Source: Barthelona sp. PCE
Taxonomy: Eukaryota
Assembly: GCA_040285745.1 (NCBI GenBank)
Contig: JAUFOR010000003.1
Coordinates: 434,001-498,000, forward strand
Length of the DNA: 64,000 nt
Reading direction: 5' to 3'
Positions 20,214 through 30,324 of the stretch are shown in pieces. The position numbers and the translations under genes are program-made. Every line of letters starts with the position of its first letter. The first letter of the stretch is position 1. Under the pieces are notes generated by a model. That model had not been told where the DNA came from, searched no databases, and saw only the letters and a program-made list of their open reading frames with translations.

Positions 20214-22052
20214 TTAATCAGCCTCCAGTCTGATCCACATACCATTTTCATTCTTGAGATATGCGTTTTCATGCTGATCAAGACCGAGAGTTTCGCTTAC
20301 GAGACGAAGTTCAACGTGATTATTATCAGCGTCTTTTTGGTTTGACACATTTCCTTCAGATGTCGTCTGATTACCTTTTGGAGTAAACTTGTTCTGATTA
20401 CCTTTTGGAGTAAACTTGTTCTGATTTCCCTTTGGAGTAAACTTTGACATATTAGATGGTGGTGTTGACAATGACGGGATATTCACAGTTATCTCATTCT
20501 TCTTCTTTTGATGTGTCTTCCGCGTAAACTTACGCTCGTAACCACCTAAATTCCTCTTGGGTCGTATGCGATCCCTATCACGGTCTTTATCACGTTTAGA
20601 ACTCAAATAACTCGTTGCAGGTCTTTGTTGTTTGTTCATAAGATGTATGGGGTCATTTGAACCTTGTTGGAAGATTAACTTAGCCTTTGCAAGTTTTCTA
20701 TTCCTCTGAATCTCCTCAATGGATAGCTTCTTTGCATTCTCTCCCTTCTTCTTCTTGCTTCGCTTCATTAAAAACTCAGCGCTGGAACCATTAGAATGTA
20801 AGAAATGTGCAAAAGAATCAGATACGCGTGGTGACATCTCAACCAACGATATATTCAGTGACTGACTGGATGATGTTGACATTAGCGCAGTATGGGGACG
20901 ATCTTCCTCGATAATCCACTCATCCAATTGAAGTTCACTTACATCAGCATCATTGATGTATAACTCTTCTTCTTCGTCTTCTTCTTCGTCTTCTGGTTCT
21001 TTACGCCACATTTGTACTGTCTTTGGGCTGTGACTCACAATAGATAATGCATCCTCATTTTGAACTGTTTTCGTACGATTAACAACCGGTTTCAATGGAG
21101 TTCGTACTTTTCCTGGGAAGTCCTCTGCTTTTGGAAGAGTGGGAATATTGGGTGATCCTGTCAAGAAACTCTCAATATTAACAAGCGGTTTGTGATCATC
21201 AAAGTCCGTTCTCCGCACCCTTTCACGTTTCGGTGTGAATGTGGGCCTGGGACCATGTGTAATGTTATTTTCACTTTTTGGATGATGCATATACCTCGGA
21301 AAATTTGTTGATGAAGTTGAGATTCGCGATTTCAAATTTGGCGGTGTGAAGTTGTGTGGCACACTTGGTGTTATAGGGGGCCGTTTCGTTACACCAAAGT
21401 CATTTATCAATGTTGGTTTTGAGAAATTAGCATCAGGTGCCTTAATAAACATGTTTTGATGTTCGACTGATGACGGAAAAGCATATTCGTTCATTAAAAA
21501 CTGACTTAAGTCAATCTTCTCATTCGGGTCGTACATAATCGTGCTGGTCCCTGTTCTTTTGAAAGCAACAACATTTCTTATGCGACACTTCCTTGATATT
21601 GTTATGCTTTTCATATTTCTTATCTGCCACCTAGCATAAAATCGATTTATGAAGCTGTTTATGTCGATTACCATGTTTAACCAACGGTTTCGAATGAAAT
21701 TTATCGGTACAGAAACACTTAGCGACCCACACTGAACTTCTGTGATTGTCGATGATGCTTGTATCGTTACACGGTGTGAAAATCCTGATATATCAAGGAA
21801 TATAAATTCAATTTTAAACTTTTGCGTCGGAATTGGTAAATAAACCTGGAATAAAACGTAATCAGCTTTAATTGCGCTATGCGCCGATTGTTCCCGTGGA
21901 TACATGATCTCCCCTGTATCGAGAGTGACCTCGTTACCTTGTGTAGTGCTGTTATATCCTACTATATTACGTCTTTTGGTCTGCCATGCATCTAAAACAT
22001 GCATAGGCTGCCCCTTCGAGTGTAAAAGCACTGTACTCTTTAGTGTGCTCAT
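20214..22052 (-). CDS. CFAP20DC: CFAP20-domain-containing protein (C3orf67-like)
   Basis: N-terminal CFAP20-like domain (YVLFQVYLP..KFKIEFIFLD, NRWLNMVIDI, ITISRKCRIRNV), long disordered region and short C-terminal beta motif. Start MSTLKS. Confidence 0.7.
   Translation of the reverse strand: MSTLKSTVLLHSKGQPMHVLDAWQTKRRNIVGYNSTTQGNEVTLDTGEIMYPREQSAHSAIKADYVLFQVYLPIPTQKFKIEFIFLDISGFSHRVTIQASSTITEVQCGSLSVSVPINFIRNRWLNMVIDINSFINRFYARWQIRNMKSITISRKCRIRNVVAFKRTGTSTIMYDPNEKIDLSQFLMNEYAFPSSVEHQNMFIKAPDANFSKPTLINDFGVTKRPPITPSVPHNFTPPNLKSRISTSSTNFPRYMHHPKSENNITHGPRPTFTPKRERVRRTDFDDHKPLVNIESFLTGSPNIPTLPKAEDFPGKVRTPLKPVVNRTKTVQNEDALSIVSHSPKTVQMWRKEPEDEEEDEEEELYINDADVSELQLDEWIIEEDRPHTALMSTSSSQSLNISLVEMSPRVSDSFAHFLHSNGSSAEFLMKRSKKKKGENAKKLSIEEIQRNRKLAKAKLIFQQGSNDPIHLMNKQQRPATSYLSSKRDKDRDRDRIRPKRNLGGYERKFTRKTHQKKKNEITVNIPSLSTPPSNMSKFTPKGNQNKFTPKGNQNKFTPKGNQTTSEGNVSNQKDADNNHVELRLVSETLGLDQHENAYLKNENGMWIRLEAD
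20367..20444. repeat. 27-nt coding tandem repeat, about 3 copies (KFTPKGNQN)
   Basis: ctgattaccttttggagtaaacttgtt occurs twice, followed by ctgatttccctttggagtaaactt. Confidence 0.95.
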
Positions 22053-22660
22053 TTTGAGCTTCCTTTTCGATAAATCGAGGGAAAATGAGATGAAGATGAT
22101 AAAACAAGAAGAAAGTATTAATGTATCTCTTAAGCTACAATTCAATGCTCTTTGAATCGTAAACTTTTCATTTTGAAATGTTACTTCAGCAAATTGGCGA
22201 ATTTTCCTACGTATACAATGATAAAATTTTCCAGGTTGGCATCTCACTGGAAAATGGTGGTTTTTGCAAATGCAGGGCTTTCTTATGTAAGTAATTATCT
22301 TCATTTTTACATAATATATCCACATTTATCTCTCCAGACTGATGAAAGAAGTATTAGACCTACAAAGGTAGAATTTGATGATTTAAACAGTTTTAATGAA
22401 ATATACATCCATATTTATGTTATATTTCAGCATACAAAAACTATAATATACATTAAAAAAAAATATTTGCATTTCTCGTTATTAAATCATTATTTATGGA
22501 TTATAATTTGTTCTGTGTGCTTATTGAACCATAAAATAACAGTGCTGTTGAATTACTATGATGTATTTGCAGAAGTTATAAGGTTATATTCAAATACAAT
22601 ATTTACTGTTACTTTTTAGATAGCAAAGTGGGTAAACATGTGTAATAGGCTTTAAATACA

Positions 22661-22822
22661 TAATTAAAGCTTCATAGTTAAGAAAAAGTTTATCAGAAAG
22701 CTTTAATTAATATAATGCTTTTATTTTTTCATTTTTGAGTGCACTAATGCTGTTTTGTTTCTTAAAATATGTTTATATAACTTTGAACTAAGTTACTATC
22801 ATATCAAGGCTTTAATTAAAGC
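22661..22822. repeat. TAATTAAAGC(TT) inverted repeat pair and palindrome
   Basis: taattaaagctt (22661-72) and aagctttaatta (22698-709) form an inverted pair; gctttaattaaagc (22809-22) is a perfect palindrome. Confidence 0.7.
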
Positions 22823-22985
22823 TTTAAATAACATAATAATGCAAGCAGGTATATCAAGTACCATCACTTTTCAGCGTTCATCCACAGCAAAAGTGATAGT
22901 TGTATGCATAAATACAAGCGAGTATCGCTTAACTCAGTATGCAAGCAGGGGATCTACTTTCTTCTTTAACTCTTTTATAAGTGAT

Positions 22986-24911
22986 ATGCCGAGAATTAAA
23001 CCAGTTGTAGGGGATACATTTATTATGGAAAGGGGCTCTTTTCACGCAAAGTTTTTTGCCCCTTCGCAGGAAGGCAAGAAGCAGAATAATTTTCTGCTTT
23101 CATCTTCCCTCCTTAATTCTGAAGAAGTTGAAGATTCAACACGTGGGTTTATCAAAGGAACATATTCCAACACATTCAGCTACTTAGACGAAAAAGAAAT
23201 AGCATATATTTTCAAAATTGAGGATGGTTGTGTTAAGTTAGATCGAAAAGTAGATCTTATGCAATTTGGTTATGCCGAGCATGTGTGGTTAGCCGACAGA
23301 TATCTTGCTGTATTTAATGATCCAGATGCTATACTAAATATACATGATATGAGCACTGAGAATTATGATATAGTAGCTTCATTTGATCATACATATTGCA
23401 TGAGAGATATGAATGTGGGAACGTTGTTTTATGTAGACTCACAAGACTCGTTTAAAGTATGCATTATAGATGAAGAAGGTGAATTCAAAATGTTGGAAGC
23501 ACCAGTAATTTCGCATACAGTCAGTCCATTTTGTGTCGCAGTGTCTGAACCGACCATAGGTTATTTTGTGGACGGTGATCTTGTACTTATTTCATTGCGT
23601 GAAAATGAGATTGTAACTGAAGTGAAAAAAGGTTATGGTGTTAATTACGAACCTGCTCCTGATGATGCTTTCTTTTTTGGTGACACAGCATTTTATTCAT
23701 CAGGAGAACACTCAGTGGTTGCAGTAGATTCCAATCTCAATCAATTGCAAGAAGTCTCAGGGATTGAATTGGATTTTGTCATGTATCAAGACGGTTCTAT
23801 TTTCGCTGCTGTTAATGATAGGTTTGTGCAATTACAATATGAGCAAACAGATGCAATGTTCGGCATCGCAAAGAATGGAGACGTTAAAATGGTTGAGTTT
23901 GGATCTACTCCTTATCCTACTTTTTTTACACCCTCGCAGATATGTGTTTTTGATATTTCAGGACCGATAAAGCGCATGGTTGTATTCTCCGACCACAAAT
24001 CAGAATCAGAAAGCATTCTTGAAGAAATTTGTTCGTACAGATACAGTGACATATTTAAATTTTATTATATTTTGGAGAGTAAGGATTCACACTTGACAGC
24101 GCATAGCATTTCTGAAGGTCCACTTCCTAATTTAATTTCTCCAAGTATGATGGAGCACTACACAGAATCAGCAGAAATTGTCTTGAATGATTCGTTTGCA
24201 GCAATGGTATCACCTGAGAGTGAATTGATAGTTATTGGGGATGACTTTATTCGTAGACTTGAAAGTGTACCTAGTACCCCATGTGTGATTGCTGGTAATT
24301 ATTGTTGGGTTGCTGGAATGTGGTTTGTAAGCATTTTTCAGGTGAATCCAACCACAAAACAAGTTGAACAGCACATTGATGAAATTTTCGCATTTGAAAT
24401 AGTGCCCGAAGATATCACTGTCAATTCATTTAACCCTCAACAGAGTTGTATCTGTACTGTGGAAGGATGCTATTTGCTGATTTATTCTTCTGAGACAAAC
24501 TCAATTGAGAAGTATCAAATCCCCAATACAGCACCAGATGACGAAGATATATACAATGAAGATATGTTGGATGAAATATTATTTATTGATGATAATACCT
24601 TTATTTGTGCGAAACGTTTTTTCCGTTTTGATAATGTGAAAAAGGAAGTAATTATGTGTGAATGTGCATGGGATGTTGATTACTTAAGTTTTTATCATGT
24701 TTCATGCTCGCGTCGTTTAGAAATTATCGTTTACAATGAATGGTTGGACGTTTTTGATATTGTCATGAATGTAACAAAGTTGTCGGCAGATCTTATGGAG
24801 TTTAGGACCGAGGAGCGTCACATTAATATTTTAGAGCTAAATGAACTAGAATCAATAACTGCTGTTACAGGATTTAAAGCAATTTCTGAAGGATTAATTT
24901 ATTTTGGTTAA
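22986..24911 (+). CDS. MPRIK-family beta-rich (putative propeller) protein, 641 aa
   Basis: ATG at 22986 gives MPRIKPV, matching the start of 12599..14596. Confidence 0.75.
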   Translation: MPRIKPVVGDTFIMERGSFHAKFFAPSQEGKKQNNFLLSSSLLNSEEVEDSTRGFIKGTYSNTFSYLDEKEIAYIFKIEDGCVKLDRKVDLMQFGYAEHVWLADRYLAVFNDPDAILNIHDMSTENYDIVASFDHTYCMRDMNVGTLFYVDSQDSFKVCIIDEEGEFKMLEAPVISHTVSPFCVAVSEPTIGYFVDGDLVLISLRENEIVTEVKKGYGVNYEPAPDDAFFFGDTAFYSSGEHSVVAVDSNLNQLQEVSGIELDFVMYQDGSIFAAVNDRFVQLQYEQTDAMFGIAKNGDVKMVEFGSTPYPTFFTPSQICVFDISGPIKRMVVFSDHKSESESILEEICSYRYSDIFKFYYILESKDSHLTAHSISEGPLPNLISPSMMEHYTESAEIVLNDSFAAMVSPESELIVIGDDFIRRLESVPSTPCVIAGNYCWVAGMWFVSIFQVNPTTKQVEQHIDEIFAFEIVPEDITVNSFNPQQSCICTVEGCYLLIYSSETNSIEKYQIPNTAPDDEDIYNEDMLDEILFIDDNTFICAKRFFRFDNVKKEVIMCECAWDVDYLSFYHVSCSRRLEIIVYNEWLDVFDIVMNVTKLSADLMEFRTEERHINILELNELESITAVTGFKAISEGLIYFG

Positions 24912-24991
24912 ACATTGAAAATATACTGAAAAAAAACTTTATTGGTTAGGGGTTAATACAAAAGGGCGAAATAAATGAAAGAATAAATAAA

Positions 24992-25882
24992 TTAAACATA
25001 AGTTTGAAGTTTGTTTGCGACAACAGTAACACGTTCTGTTGAGGCTGACTCTTCAGCGACAGCCTCTGTCAGATTCTTCTTGCTTTTCTTAGCGACAGCA
25101 AGGGCACGGTCAAGTTCAGATTGTGTAATTCTCTGAATAGGGACTACCGATTCCCAATTGGTCTCTTCAATCATCTTACTGAGAGGGAATGCCTTGTCCC
25201 ACTTGTTAATAAGACCCCAAAGAGATGATATTGTTGCCTTGAATGAAACAAGTGTGAATATTAAAAACGTCATGTTATCGGATTTTTGACTGAGACGAAC
25301 TGCAAGGGTTGAAGAACCGACACCCGAGCACGTGTATGATGTGTAAGATATAGCTCCCATGACCATACCCTTATAGAAGGAATAAATGAGAGCTGTAAGT
25401 GCGTTCAGCGCGATATAAACAACACGGAAAACAATTGTGCGCTTATCGTTCTTAACAATAATGTCATCCATGAAGAGTTTAAGACGAATGTTTTTTTCCT
25501 TGATGATTACCCATAATGAATAACCAAAGACCATGGCTGTGAGTAAAAGAACGATGATTAGCATGGTGACATCGCTGCCAATCTGATCACTGACTATAGG
25601 ACTGATAGCGTTCATATCAGTGACAAAGGTACCTTCAACTGCGGAACAACTATTATCCCAAAGCATGCTTGAACAGCTTTGATAGCCGTCATCTTCGCTA
25701 TAGCCACAATATGCGATGAATGGCTTTGCCTTAGACTTAATAATGTCCATAAACTGCGAATATACCCAAAGTAAAATCGGAAGAAAATCAAGAACATGAC
25801 TAATAATCGTGTTGGTTACAGTTACCTTGCGTTTAGCATCACGCCACGTGCGGAAATTGTTTTGGAAGCTACTGTTGCTCAT
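24992..25882 (-). CDS. Hypothetical membrane protein (about 4 TM, Cys-containing luminal loops)
   Basis: Clean ORF with alternating hydrophobic segments. Likely start MSNSSFQ. Confidence 0.7.
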   Translation of the reverse strand: MSNSSFQNNFRTWRDAKRKVTVTNTIISHVLDFLPILLWVYSQFMDIIKSKAKPFIAYCGYSEDDGYQSCSSMLWDNSCSAVEGTFVTDMNAISPIVSDQIGSDVTMLIIVLLLTAMVFGYSLWVIIKEKNIRLKLFMDDIIVKNDKRTIVFRVVYIALNALTALIYSFYKGMVMGAISYTSYTCSGVGSSTLAVRLSQKSDNMTFLIFTLVSFKATISSLWGLINKWDKAFPLSKMIEETNWESVVPIQRITQSELDRALAVAKKSKKNLTEAVAEESASTERVTVVANKLQTYV

Positions 25883-26084
25883 TTCGTATGAAAGAGAGTG
25901 TTTTTGTAATTGCAGAGTTTGGCAGCATTTCAAGTGTGCCTTACCTTTCCGTATGGAAGAAAGAGGATAATGCAGTTATGAATATTGCATCATAGCGAGT
26001 TTTGAGATTCACTGATATTTTTTCTTGAATGATATGGATTCAGTTATTAGTAATGTGTTGTAGGTTTATTGACAATTGTATTGA

Positions 26085-26444
26085 TCAGATATGTCTGAAC
26101 ATTGCATCTATAAAGCGATCTGATAGAGCCTGCTCAATCTTTCTGGAAATAAGATGCTTTTTAGTAAAAAATATGTGCTTATATATGGGTATAAAGATTA
26201 AATCAGGCCACTGATATGCTAAAAATCTGCTAATAAGTTGATTGACATTATCAGTAGATCTGACCATTGGTCCATCTTCATCCAAGCACCTTAACTGATT
26301 GAAAAGCTGAACAATAAGATCTTGAAGAGGTCTGGATATCCACATATTGGATGTTGTAAGCTTTTCCATGAGGTTTGTGCAACTGTACTTCTCAGCTGCA
26401 CCTTGCACTAGCTGGAGATATGAGCTACTCTTAACGATGCCCAT
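26085..26444 (-). CDS. Small hypothetical protein (about 119 aa)
   Basis: ATG at 26444 (MGIVKSS) fills an otherwise empty gap. No recognisable motif. Confidence 0.35.
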   Translation of the reverse strand: MGIVKSSSYLQLVQGAAEKYSCTNLMEKLTTSNMWISRPLQDLIVQLFNQLRCLDEDGPMVRSTDNVNQLISRFLAYQWPDLIFIPIYKHIFFTKKHLISRKIEQALSDRFIDAMFRHI

Positions 26445-26645
26445 GTGGAGTTTTGTATTAATGAAAAAGGGAGGATGTTGTGGAAGAAGGTATGATTGAA
26501 TTCTTTTATTGGTAATTAAAGTTAAATCTTTGCAACACGTACAAGCTGGACTCCTACACTTGGTAAACTTAAATCTAATTTTCAATAATGGTTCAACTTA
26601 TCACACCCTTTCGACAGGATAATTTTAAGGTAATTTTGGAGAATC

Positions 26646-28734
26646 ATGCCGCGCGCAGCAAATACTACCTTTTACATTGGTGAAAAAGAAAATTTTTTGA
26701 GGTCTTTGTTGTAGTTTTCTCAAAAAAGGGTTTAAAATTGTTCGAGGTGATCAAGATTCAGTGAGAAACCCGGACATTAAGCAAGGGATAATCGTTGATG
26801 TAGAATTATCCCAAGAAATAACAAGAATGAAAAGTGGAGATTTTTTAAAGTCTTTTGAGACAGCATACGAGTGCATTTGGGATAAAAGGTGCTATTACAT
26901 GCCGTTGTATCATGCAAAAGCAGTTAAATATGCGATTTTTAACGTTACTAATGAAAGTTTGTTGGAGTTTGATAGAATTGTCCAACTTAACATCAAATGC
27001 AACCAATATTTTTTGTTAAACAGAACAACAATCCACATTGACAACAATAGAAAGCACTCAATTTATATTTTTAATGAAAATGATTGTCAACCAACGTTGT
27101 TGCATGAATTTACTCAAAATCTTGACCACCTATTTTTTCTCAATGATTTCGCAATTTATGAGAGGAGACGCAAAATGTATGGCCTGCATTACACGGAGGA
27201 AAATATACGACAGGGTATTTTTGAGGAAATTGAAGTTTTTGACAAGCATGATATTCCAGTTGTTTCACGTAGAACTCATTCAGTTGTTTTCTTTTTTAAT
27301 ACACTGTTTGGGAATCCTAGAACGATGGTTTTTTATATTGAAGATGGTATGATTAAGAAATTTGATTTAGCAGAGATATTTCCACAACTTTTACAGATTG
27401 AGCACACTAATTACTTTGATATTTGGCATTTATCTGTTGAAACACGTAGTATCATCATAGAAGCAAAGATTAATGGCATGTTTTGCATTATTACAATTCA
27501 GAATCAAGAATTGACAATTTGTTACATGGATTTGGATTGTGGATTCAGCATAAGAAAGCCGTTTTCACTTGAATTTGATCATACAAGTGACTTAACTCGC
27601 TTGTACAGTGTTAGCAATAACCGTGTTTTACTGAACAAAGAATTCTTTCCAAGAGATCATGTACTTTTTACGCTTATGAAATATAATTTTGCATTTTCTC
27701 TTTCATTTGGAGCTGTATTTTCATCTGAACACCATCTAGTGGTGCTTAATTTCGATGATAATGTTACTCATTTTAGTAATTACTCATTTATGTTGGAAAA
27801 AATTCACCGTGCTGAGTACAGAGTTGGTTTTTCCAGCAATGTAATCGGGCTCAACATCGACAGGTGGAGCAAGTATAGAGGTCACTGTTTGTACGATTGT
27901 TCCATGTTCGATGTATTAGATTGTATCCCACATTTTCAAACAATGCTGGAAGCTGATGGTGATGTTCATGCTGTGCTAGAAAACGGAAATTTGTTCTTTT
28001 CATTTGTTGATGTTAATAATAGACGTAGAGTGTTTGCTTATTGTAATTCCAAGGGAGAGGATGTAAGAGAAGAGTTCCAGCTTGAATGTGAACGTGGTGT
28101 TTTGCAGTATTTTGATGAAGATAATTTTATATATAAAGCACGGTTTTTTGGTGATTACGATGGTTTAGGTGTTATTCATTATGAACGAGTTAATGGTGAA
28201 TGGAAGTGTTCAAGTTTTAACCAAGGCGCTGCTGGTGTCAGTTTGGGAGGTGTCGTTATCCCAACGTCAGAGAAAAGTGCTGGTGCATTCTTTTCACTTT
28301 TAACCAATAATGTTGCATTGTTTCAGTATGGAATCTATCGTGTAAGCAACACAGAAGCCCCCCAAGTTCTTGTATGTTTCAAGGAAGAAGGTTTTGATGA
28401 ACTGATTAATTTGGATTTGGTTGGTTTTATACAGAAGCACTTTCATTTTATGGACAGTGTTTTGAGTTTTTTTATTATTGATTGTGAGAAACACCGTTTT
28501 GTTAGAAGAAGATTTCATATCGGAATTGATAGAGTACTTGACAGAGAAGTGTTAGATGTTTCAATCATTGATTATTTTATGTCTGCCAGAATAATTGATG
28601 TAACTGAAAAGGTGAAGCGTCCTGAGGATATTTTTGAACAAAAAAGAGAAAACAATGAACTTTTTGGAGCTTTAGCTTTTGGAGCAGCACCACAAGCAAA
28701 TAATCGTTTTGGAGCAGGTTTTGGAGCTAGATAA
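26646..28734 (+). CDS. MPR-family beta-rich protein, probably with a short first intron
   Basis: ATG at 26646 encodes MPRAANTTFYIG in a different frame. A GT at 26680 spliced to AG at 26701 or 26728 joins it in frame to the 657-aa ORF. The C-terminus resembles the paralogs. Confidence 0.6.
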
Positions 28735-28822
28735 TGGTTGTCAAGACATTCTTCGTTCAATACAGAATGAAGGATACAGAAATGTAAGCTTCAACAAACT
28801 ATATCACATAATAAATGACAGT

Positions 28823-29137
28823 TTATCTCCTAGGGCGTGGGCAAATTCGAATGAACAGTATTGTCACAAAGAAAATGACACATCCCATTACAAACAGACC
28901 AGATTGGGAGAACATACGTCTGAAAACTGAGTCATTTAACTCGCGCAGATTCTTCTCTTCATCCTCAGTTTTTCCAATATTTTGCCTTGTAGCCTCTGAC
29001 ACCTCCTTTAATACAGAACTCTCTTTCATTAAAAGATCTTGAATGATAATGGCGTTCCCCTTCAATTCCTTTGCAAGAACCCCGATACTCTCAGCCAGCT
29101 CATCTTGTTGATCCTTGAGCGTGTCAAGGTAATCCAT
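28823..29137 (-). CDS. USE1: ER Qc-SNARE Use1 (SNARE helix plus TM only)
   Basis: QQDELAESIGVLAKELKGNA...ESSVL...NIGKTEDEEKNL, then a TM ending FIRICP, matches the Use1 C-terminal pattern. Confidence 0.75.
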   Translation of the reverse strand: MDYLDTLKDQQDELAESIGVLAKELKGNAIIIQDLLMKESSVLKEVSEATRQNIGKTEDEEKNLRELNDSVFRRMFSQSGLFVMGCVIFFVTILFIRICPRPRR

Positions 29138-29321
29138 CAGAAGAACGTAGAAAAGGTAGAAAAGCAGAAAATGAGTTTTTTCAGCATCAGTAAGGATGAA
29201 GGCAGATAACGATGAATTTTGGTTGGAAAATTTTGTTTTATGTGATTATTGACAGCAAAGTTTTGTTTTTGGATTTTCATCCCGTTTTCTTTTCACTTTT
29301 TATTTGGGTTTACTGCATTTC

Positions 29322-30308
29322 ATGTCTTTGTCTGAAATTATCATCACATTCCCTCTTTCCGAGAACGAATATTATAAGGATGTTTCACCAAGTCCTGTTC
29401 CTGTGCAGGAACTAAGCATTTCTCAGATTCGTCTTTCACCCGAATTTTCAGACATGATGTCATATATGCGAGGTTTATTAAGAGATAACGAAAGATCTAA
29501 TCGAACGCTTAGTCTTGCTGTTGAGATTGTCAAATTTGTACCTACTTTATATATGGTATGGGGTGTTATCCGCGACTGTATCGTGGAAATGGATCTACCT
29601 AGCAAAGATTTCTTACTTTTGGTTGATAAATTAACAATGAAAAAACAGAAGGTGTATCAGCTTTGGACAATGCGCACATTCTTGATTGAAAGAGAATTTG
29701 TTCGCCTTTCAGAACAGTATAGCGGTGAGGAGTATACTACGAGACTTAGCACATTACTTAATAGTGAATTGTCAATTATCAATTATTGTCTTAAATCTGA
29801 TACAAAATCGTATCATGCATGGAGTTATCGCATCAAGTTTATTGACATGTCTCTCGCCGTTCTCAATGACAAGAAAATCACTTTCCTTGAAGAACAATTA
29901 TCATACAGTGAAAATTTAATTGTTGGTGATTTCCACAATAATTCAGCTTGGTCATTTAGACAAACGCTCATCAAGCGTTTATCTGAGTTTCAAGATATAT
30001 ATTCCAATGAGATTAAATGGTTATGCAAAATTTTAACTGAAAGTGGTATCTGTAACGAAAGCGCTGCTAGTTATTTATTCTGGTTGCTCGAGACCCTAGA
30101 AATAGCACTAAACGAGATATCTTTCTTCGATTTGATTGAATCATATGTATGTGCTGATGGATTGCACAATATGGGTTTGAAATGTCAGTTTGTAGAGTAT
30201 TGCAGTGATAATAACGTGCTTCCTGAGCTTATGGTGCGTGTTTTAGATAACCTAATTGAATTCGATGAACCACGAAAAAGTTATTGGTTGACTTTTAAAG
30301 ACACTTAA
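29322..30308 (+). CDS. FNTA: Farnesyl/geranylgeranyl transferase type-1 alpha subunit
   Basis: YKDVSPSPV..IRLSPEFSDMMSYMRGLL.DNERSNR plus PPTA repeats (KVYQLWTMR, KSYHAWSYR, NNSAWSFR). Confidence 0.88.
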   Translation: MSLSEIIITFPLSENEYYKDVSPSPVPVQELSISQIRLSPEFSDMMSYMRGLLRDNERSNRTLSLAVEIVKFVPTLYMVWGVIRDCIVEMDLPSKDFLLLVDKLTMKKQKVYQLWTMRTFLIEREFVRLSEQYSGEEYTTRLSTLLNSELSIINYCLKSDTKSYHAWSYRIKFIDMSLAVLNDKKITFLEEQLSYSENLIVGDFHNNSAWSFRQTLIKRLSEFQDIYSNEIKWLCKILTESGICNESAASYLFWLLETLEIALNEISFFDLIESYVCADGLHNMGLKCQFVEYCSDNNVLPELMVRVLDNLIEFDEPRKSYWLTFKDT

Positions 30309-30324
30309 TTAAATTATATTCTTT

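Noticed and set aside
22152-22619. 155-aa ORF in AT-rich spacer
   Set aside because: Non-ATG start and I/Y/F/N-biased composition typical of chance ORFs in AT-rich DNA.
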